A stretch of DNA of 64,000 nt from contig CDLV01000008.1 in assembly GCA_001244265.2 (NCBI GenBank), forward strand, positions 1,178,001-1,242,000. Reading direction: 5' to 3'. The notes beneath the pieces were generated by a model that was given only the letters and a program-made list of their open reading frames with translations, searched no databases and was not told where the DNA came from. Position numbers and translations under genes: made by a program. Of this stretch, positions 58,697 through 64,000 are shown piece by piece (position 1 is the first letter of the stretch; every line of letters begins with the position of its first letter). The DNA comes from Microbotryum violaceum. Lineage: Eukaryota.

Positions 58697-60768
58697 TCAA
58701 ACGATGAAAGCGGCGAGAAGAGACAAGAGACCACCGACGACGCCGGTGGCTTGAATCGAGCCGGCACCACTGGCGCGGGTCGTCGTGCTAGCTGCAGCGG
58801 ACGAGGTCGACGTCGCCGAGGCGCCCGAGGCGCCCGTGCGGGACGAGGAGGAGCCTGAGCCTTGCGCAGACGAGGCACTGCTGGCGGCGCTCGCAGAAGT
58901 GGAAGTAGATTGGTAGCCCAACGAAGCAATCGGAAACAGAGCGGTCGAAGCGTGGGTTACGCAGTTGGACGAAGCGGGTACGCGGGGAGTCCAAGGGAGG
59001 GTCGAGGTCGCGGGCAAGTCCTCGGGTTGCGACCAGACCGTCGTCTTGCCGTTGGTGCCGGTGTACGTACCAACCTCGTCTTGCAAATCACCCTCGCACG
59101 AAACAAACTCGCCGACCGAGACATTGGATGGCATGTTGTAGTCACAACCAATGATGTCGTATTTGCTGCAGGCGTGAAGACGCGCACGCGTGAGCAATCT
59201 GCCGTCCCAATCGCTTGCTCGACCAAGGAACGGTAGTCTCAGAGGATTCACTCACTTCTGGCAATAGTCGGGGGTGGTGACATTGGGGAAGCACAACTTG
59301 AAGCAGAACACACCCGAACCGACGAAGCTGAGTACCGTGAAAGATAGGCGCGTCAGTCTAGGTGCTGCGCAAGAAAGCCCCATGCATGTTGCCTCGGCTG
59401 GTTGCGTGGACTGACTTGTTCCATTGGACGACTTGACCGTAAGCGTTACCCGAGGTGTTAGCGCCAGGGAATTGGCTCGAGTACACAAGACCACCAAGGG
59501 GATTACCGAGCTGGCGAGGGTTGGAACGAGAGAGCTGATGAGTGATCCCGGAACAAGTGAATAATGCTGCGCCAGAGATCGTTCACTTACCAAGTCGGCA
59601 CCGTGGGGGTCAAGCTCTCCGCCCGAGTCGGTCTCTTGCAAGCCGAGGCCGGTCTGATTCAGGTAACCGACAAACTGGATGTAGGCCGAAGTCCTCATGA
59701 ACTGTTGTTGGAAGAGAGAGCATCACAGTACTCGGAGCGATCAGCACTCGATTCGATTGGGCAGGGTAACGCAGCGAATTATACTCACTTGAAGACCTGT
59801 AATTGTGCCGGCGGGCATGATTCGCCCCCCGAGACCAGCCCTCGTGCACTGCAAATCAGAGAAAGACATCGAAAACCCGCTTCAGACCTTGTGGCAAACG
59901 TAGACAGGCACCCAGTGCAGCGCCTAGACGACCAGACTTACATAGGCTACGACCTCGGCCTCAATGTCGCCGATCGTCTCATTGGCCGTCGTTCCGGGGG
60001 AGCCCCACAGGCAGAAAGCTATGACAAGACGAAAAGGTCGAAACGCGTCAGCTCCCGCCATCTTCCGTTTTCCACCGCGCACATTAATATGGGATCGAAT
60101 GTCGTGCAGGGCAGGTAGTAGACGGTAGGAGCTGTTTGAGCTCGGGCTCGGAATCCCGAGTCGGACCGAGCAGCCCTCTACCCCGCCCGTGCGGAGCGGA
60201 AAGGCCACTCACAATCGATCGAGTTCAACAGAGCGGTCTGGCACATGCCATCGGCGTTCTCGGTGGTCGAGTTGCAAATGTTGGTACCAGTCTGAGGACC
60301 ACGGAGGTAACTGTACAGACAGTTTCCCAAGCGAACGACGGTGGAGTCTCGGCGTCAGCGACTGGCTTCTTTCGACAACGGCCACGACTGCGCGGGCGTG
60401 CCCCCCCCCCGCAGAGCGGAGTCCGCAATAGCGTGTCCTTGCGCCAGCGGGCGGCCGAGGCGCGTTGAGCAGGCGGACTGACTCGTAAGGGTTGACTTGA
60501 TTGGGCACCTGATTATAGGCATACGTGTACTGTTTGGTGGACAGATAGTGAAATACTGCTTAGTATCGCACAAGACCAGACAATGCTTGTAGAAGGGAGT
60601 AGGACTTGCAGACGTCAGTGGCAACGGTGTGTTACCGTCACCCGAGGCGCGAGCTTGCAGCGCGCGAGCAACCTCTTGTTGGCCCGGAGCTTGCGTCACT
60701 TGAGGCTCAGGTGCGGCGTGAACGGCCGAGGCCAAAAGAGCGACGAGCACGGTCGAAGCGGACAACAT
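58697..60768 (-). CDS. Secreted, probably GPI-anchored mannoprotein, Cryptococcus MP88-like, multi-exon
   Basis: Signal peptide MLSASTVLVALLASAVHA, FCLWGSP...IGDIEAEVVAY, GGELDPHGAD, FCFKLC, YDIIGCDYNMP, a Ser/Thr-rich tail and a hydrophobic C-terminus. Confidence 0.8.
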
Positions 60769-62125
60769 GACGGATGGGTGGAAGGAGGGCGGGGTGAACA
60801 GACGAAAGGAGAGGAGGGTTAAAGGGAAGAACGGCGCGCAGCAAGGACACGGGCGGTTGAGCGACTTCGAGCGACGGCGGGCGAAACGGGGCGAAACGGG
60901 GCGAAACGGGGCGAATCGTGAGAGACGATTGGTCGATTTTCGCACGGGCGAATCACAAGCGCGAGCTGAAAATTGACCGATTTGCGCCTGCGCGACGTAG
61001 GGCAGCCTGAGGTTGGCGAAAATGGGAGGGTGGTAGCTGACAATCGATGCAGACAATATCAATCACGAGCAGAAAAAGATGAATAACACGGGCACTAATG
61101 TTCGTTTTGCTATTCATTATCAGATATTGTGGTGTGCTGTGCTGCTGTGTCGGTCGACGGCGATTTTTGGTGGACCTGGCGCTCAAAGCTGTGCCGGAGC
61201 TCAATTGTGCCTATTTTTGGGCGATCACATCCACCCGGGGGTGCGTTCGGAATTATTTTCGCCCTCATGGGCATATGTCGTCCATGAGCACTGAACTCCT
61301 GGTCGTTCATTCAAAACCTTCGCGGGAGCAAGTTGCTGTTTGTAGCTTCCACGACACCACTGCACCGGCCCCATCCAGCCTAACAGTGTACAGAGGGACC
61401 CCCTCCCACTGCATCATCTATCTGCACGGCAATTCTAGTGAGCCGGTGCCTGCCGCCGTGAGCTGCACGTCAATTGAGCGGGCGATCACTCGACATTCGA
61501 CTTGGACCGTGCGGACGTCGTTGCCGCAAGCTCGACGTCTCGCCATACGCGGGTCGTCTGACAGGCATCCACCATCGTGCATAGGTCAATTTCAGTACAT
61601 CACAAGTGATGCCGGTTTACAGTCTTCCTCTTCAGGGTACGAGGCTACCAGCGCGCGAAGCAAACATGACTTCGGGAACTTCGTCTTCTAAGACTTCCGT
61701 GACCCGTCGTCGAGTCATCACTAGTGGCATCTCCCCAATACTGCTGAGGAGGAGCTTGTGAGTACGGAATTCGCCACCGACCAAAAGGCATAGACTTACT
61801 ACTTTCGACTGAGAGGAGGCTTTGCAAACGATCGCTGGCACGCGAGAAAAACTCAAAGTCAAAGACGTCATGGCAGTCGTTCCCAGCGGAGGTGGAGATT
61901 TCGGACCACTGTGACGACACGGATTAGCACAACGATCGGCATCAATGCATTCTCCCGCTTGACCAAGCAATGATTTGTCTTCCCAGCACTTATCAATACA
62001 AAAGAATCAGAAAAAAGTGAACCGAAAGCCAGCTTTGCCAGTTCATCCACTTTTTGCGATACTTAAAATGTGGTACTGGCCACCCAACAGGCTCCTACGA
62101 GTTCCAATCGACCGCCTCCAAGCGA

Positions 62126-62250
62126 AGATATCCATCTTATCTCCTAGGATATCTATCTATCAGATATCTAGGCCTCTATCTAAGATGTCTGACTAAGATG
62201 GGAGATAGTTAGATAAGGGCCAGAGCCCAATTTTCTTAAATAGATATCTG
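62126..62250. promoter_or_regulatory. GATA-site cluster upstream of the racemase gene
   Basis: 14 GATA/TATC cores counted in ~125 bp, including GATAAG on both strands (cttatc at 62136, gataag at 62212). Confidence 0.6.
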
Positions 62251-62431
62251 GTATTTGCGAGATGGTCTTCCCTAATGCGGAACCCTGGTCACTTGCATGC
62301 CCTCAGAAGCTCAGACGGTCATCGTCGGCTGAGTTCTGAACCTGACGATCGCTTCACCCGCTCGTCTCGATCGACACTCTCGGGCTCTTTGGCTCTTTCG
62401 CTCTCACCCATCTCGCAGCGCTTCCCTCACC

Positions 62432-63351
62432 ATGGGTTCCTCCACCCGATTGCCGATCCTGATCGTCAATCCAAACACGACGGAAACGATGACCAAGTCG
62501 GTCGAGGCGATGCTCTCTCCTTTGCTCACCTATACCTCGTTCGTAAGTCGGGCGCCGAACCTCCGTCCCCTCCGGTTCTTGGCGATACGCATTTGCGATT
62601 GCTAATCCCTTTCGCTTGTCCGTTCCCTCCACTCTACAAATATCGTGACCAAAAGCCCAAACCAACCTATTTCACGTGTCCATATCCTGGTATTGCGTCA
62701 ATCAACTCGTCCCACGACTGCCACCAATCAGCCACGATCATTCTCCCCCACCTGATCCCGTTGCTCGCATCGCATTCGGCCGTCTTGATCGCATGCTATT
62801 CGCATCACCCGCTCGTGCAGCAACTGTTGCCCTATACTAAAGGCGATAAAGCCGTGCTCGGTATCTTTGAGGCTTCAGTATTGAGTTCGATAGCGAATCT
62901 GACGTCGACACTAGGAATCGAAGGCCAGGGCGGACGGGATCGGGACCCACAAGCGGCCATTAAGAGCAAACGAGCTCGATTTGGGATCGTTTCAACGGGC
63001 AAAGGGTGGGAGCTGCTGTTGACACAAGCCGTCGATACCTTCCTGGGTACCTCGGACAATTCGGCCCTTTTCGCCGGCGTCGAAACAACGGGCTTGACCG
63101 CCGTCGAATTGCACGACTCGAGTCCCGAAATCGTCAAGGAACGGACCAAGGATGCGGTGAAGAAATTGTTGAGGAAAGGGGATGTTGGAGCGGTCTGCTT
63201 GGGTTGTGCCGGGTTTGCTGGAATGGATCAGACCGTCCGGGAGGCTGCGGTTGAGGAGTTGGGTGCGGCCGAGGGGGAGAGGGTCAAGATCATCGATGGT
63301 GTCAAGGTCGGGTATTTCATGCTCGAAGGCATGGTCAGGACAGGTCTCTAG
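62432..63351 (+). CDS. DCG1: Asp/Glu/hydantoin racemase family protein (allantoin racemase/DCG1-like), one intron
   Basis: ILIVNPNTTETMT, LIACYSHHPLV, GIFEAS, FGIVSTG..WE, VCLGCAGFAGM and IIDGV. Confidence 0.82.
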
Positions 63352-64000
63352 TGAGATATGTAGGCCGTCACGTGGGGTGGGGTAAACAGGCTAGAGCCTC
63401 ATTCTAGTTCGAAGTACTTGCGAATCGCAGCCACTTTGTTCTTTGCAGCATTCATATCCTATTCATTCACTTCGACAGCCAGATCTTTACCGACCCTGTC
63501 CTTGCTTGCTTTCATCTTCAGCCGCCTGTGTCTGGCTACTTTGACTCTTTCGGCCGGTTTAGTCCTCGTTGAACGGTTCGACGGTCGATCTTTGTGCGAG
63601 CGCCGTATCTGTCGAAATTCCATCATGGATCCCACCTTGGTTTGACGGCATCACACGATGATAGAGTGGTCTTCGATGCGTGTCACGATGGCGCCAAAGG
63701 CTGACGACAATGGATCGAGGTCGGTCTGGCCCGTCCTACGATAAGGCGCGGCGTGTCGCCGCCCTTCCATGGAAGTTGAAGCATTCGGGCGCTAGGATGA
63801 TGCGGGGCACGACGACGCGTCATGCTCGTGCGTGAACGTGTCTTGAGAGTTGATATGATGACGAGGCGGGCCATATCCGTTCAAGATCGCCTTGTGGATG
63901 TAGTATCGTCCGCTCCAGACCCGGTTTCGCTCCCTGCCGACGAGGACGAGCCATGCAGCAACCAATCCATGGCACCGCGGAGTGCCTTTTCGCCCGCTAG

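Noticed and set aside
63971-64000. Helitron-like hairpin followed by CTAG
   Set aside because: The stem is only ~6 bp, it sits at the window edge, and there is no other Helitron evidence.
63400-64000. 3' end of a further gene
   Set aside because: No convincing frame or recognisable motif.

Overview
Intron-rich fungal DNA. The gene content, short GT-AG introns and micro-exons suggest a basidiomycete, probably Microbotryomycetes such as Microbotryum (inference). Positions 1-43.7 kb hold mostly ordinary genes: a partial MFS transporter, GT32 glycosyltransferase, PHO13-like HAD phosphatase, myo-inositol transporter, ERG4, FMP52-like reductase, IML1, two SSO-type syntaxins, a SUN-domain protein, two atypical Zn2Cys6 factors, ISC1 and a TBC protein. 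Positions 43.9-55 kb form a nest of mobile and decayed DNA. A deleted L1-like LINE is split by a 7.3 kb KDZ (Kyakuja-Dileera-Zisupton) DNA transposon with 139-bp TIRs and an 8-bp TSD. The uninterrupted 'empty site' survives in a near-identical copy at 33.1-34.0 kb. The dead transposase is itself split by an insert with four ~180-bp tandem repeats, and a frameshifted XPG/FEN1-family nuclease gene lies head-to-head with the LINE ORF1. The window ends with a disrupted BAG gene, an MP88-like GPI mannoprotein and a DCG1-like racemase preceded by a dense GATA cluster. Exon boundaries were read by eye and no searches were run.
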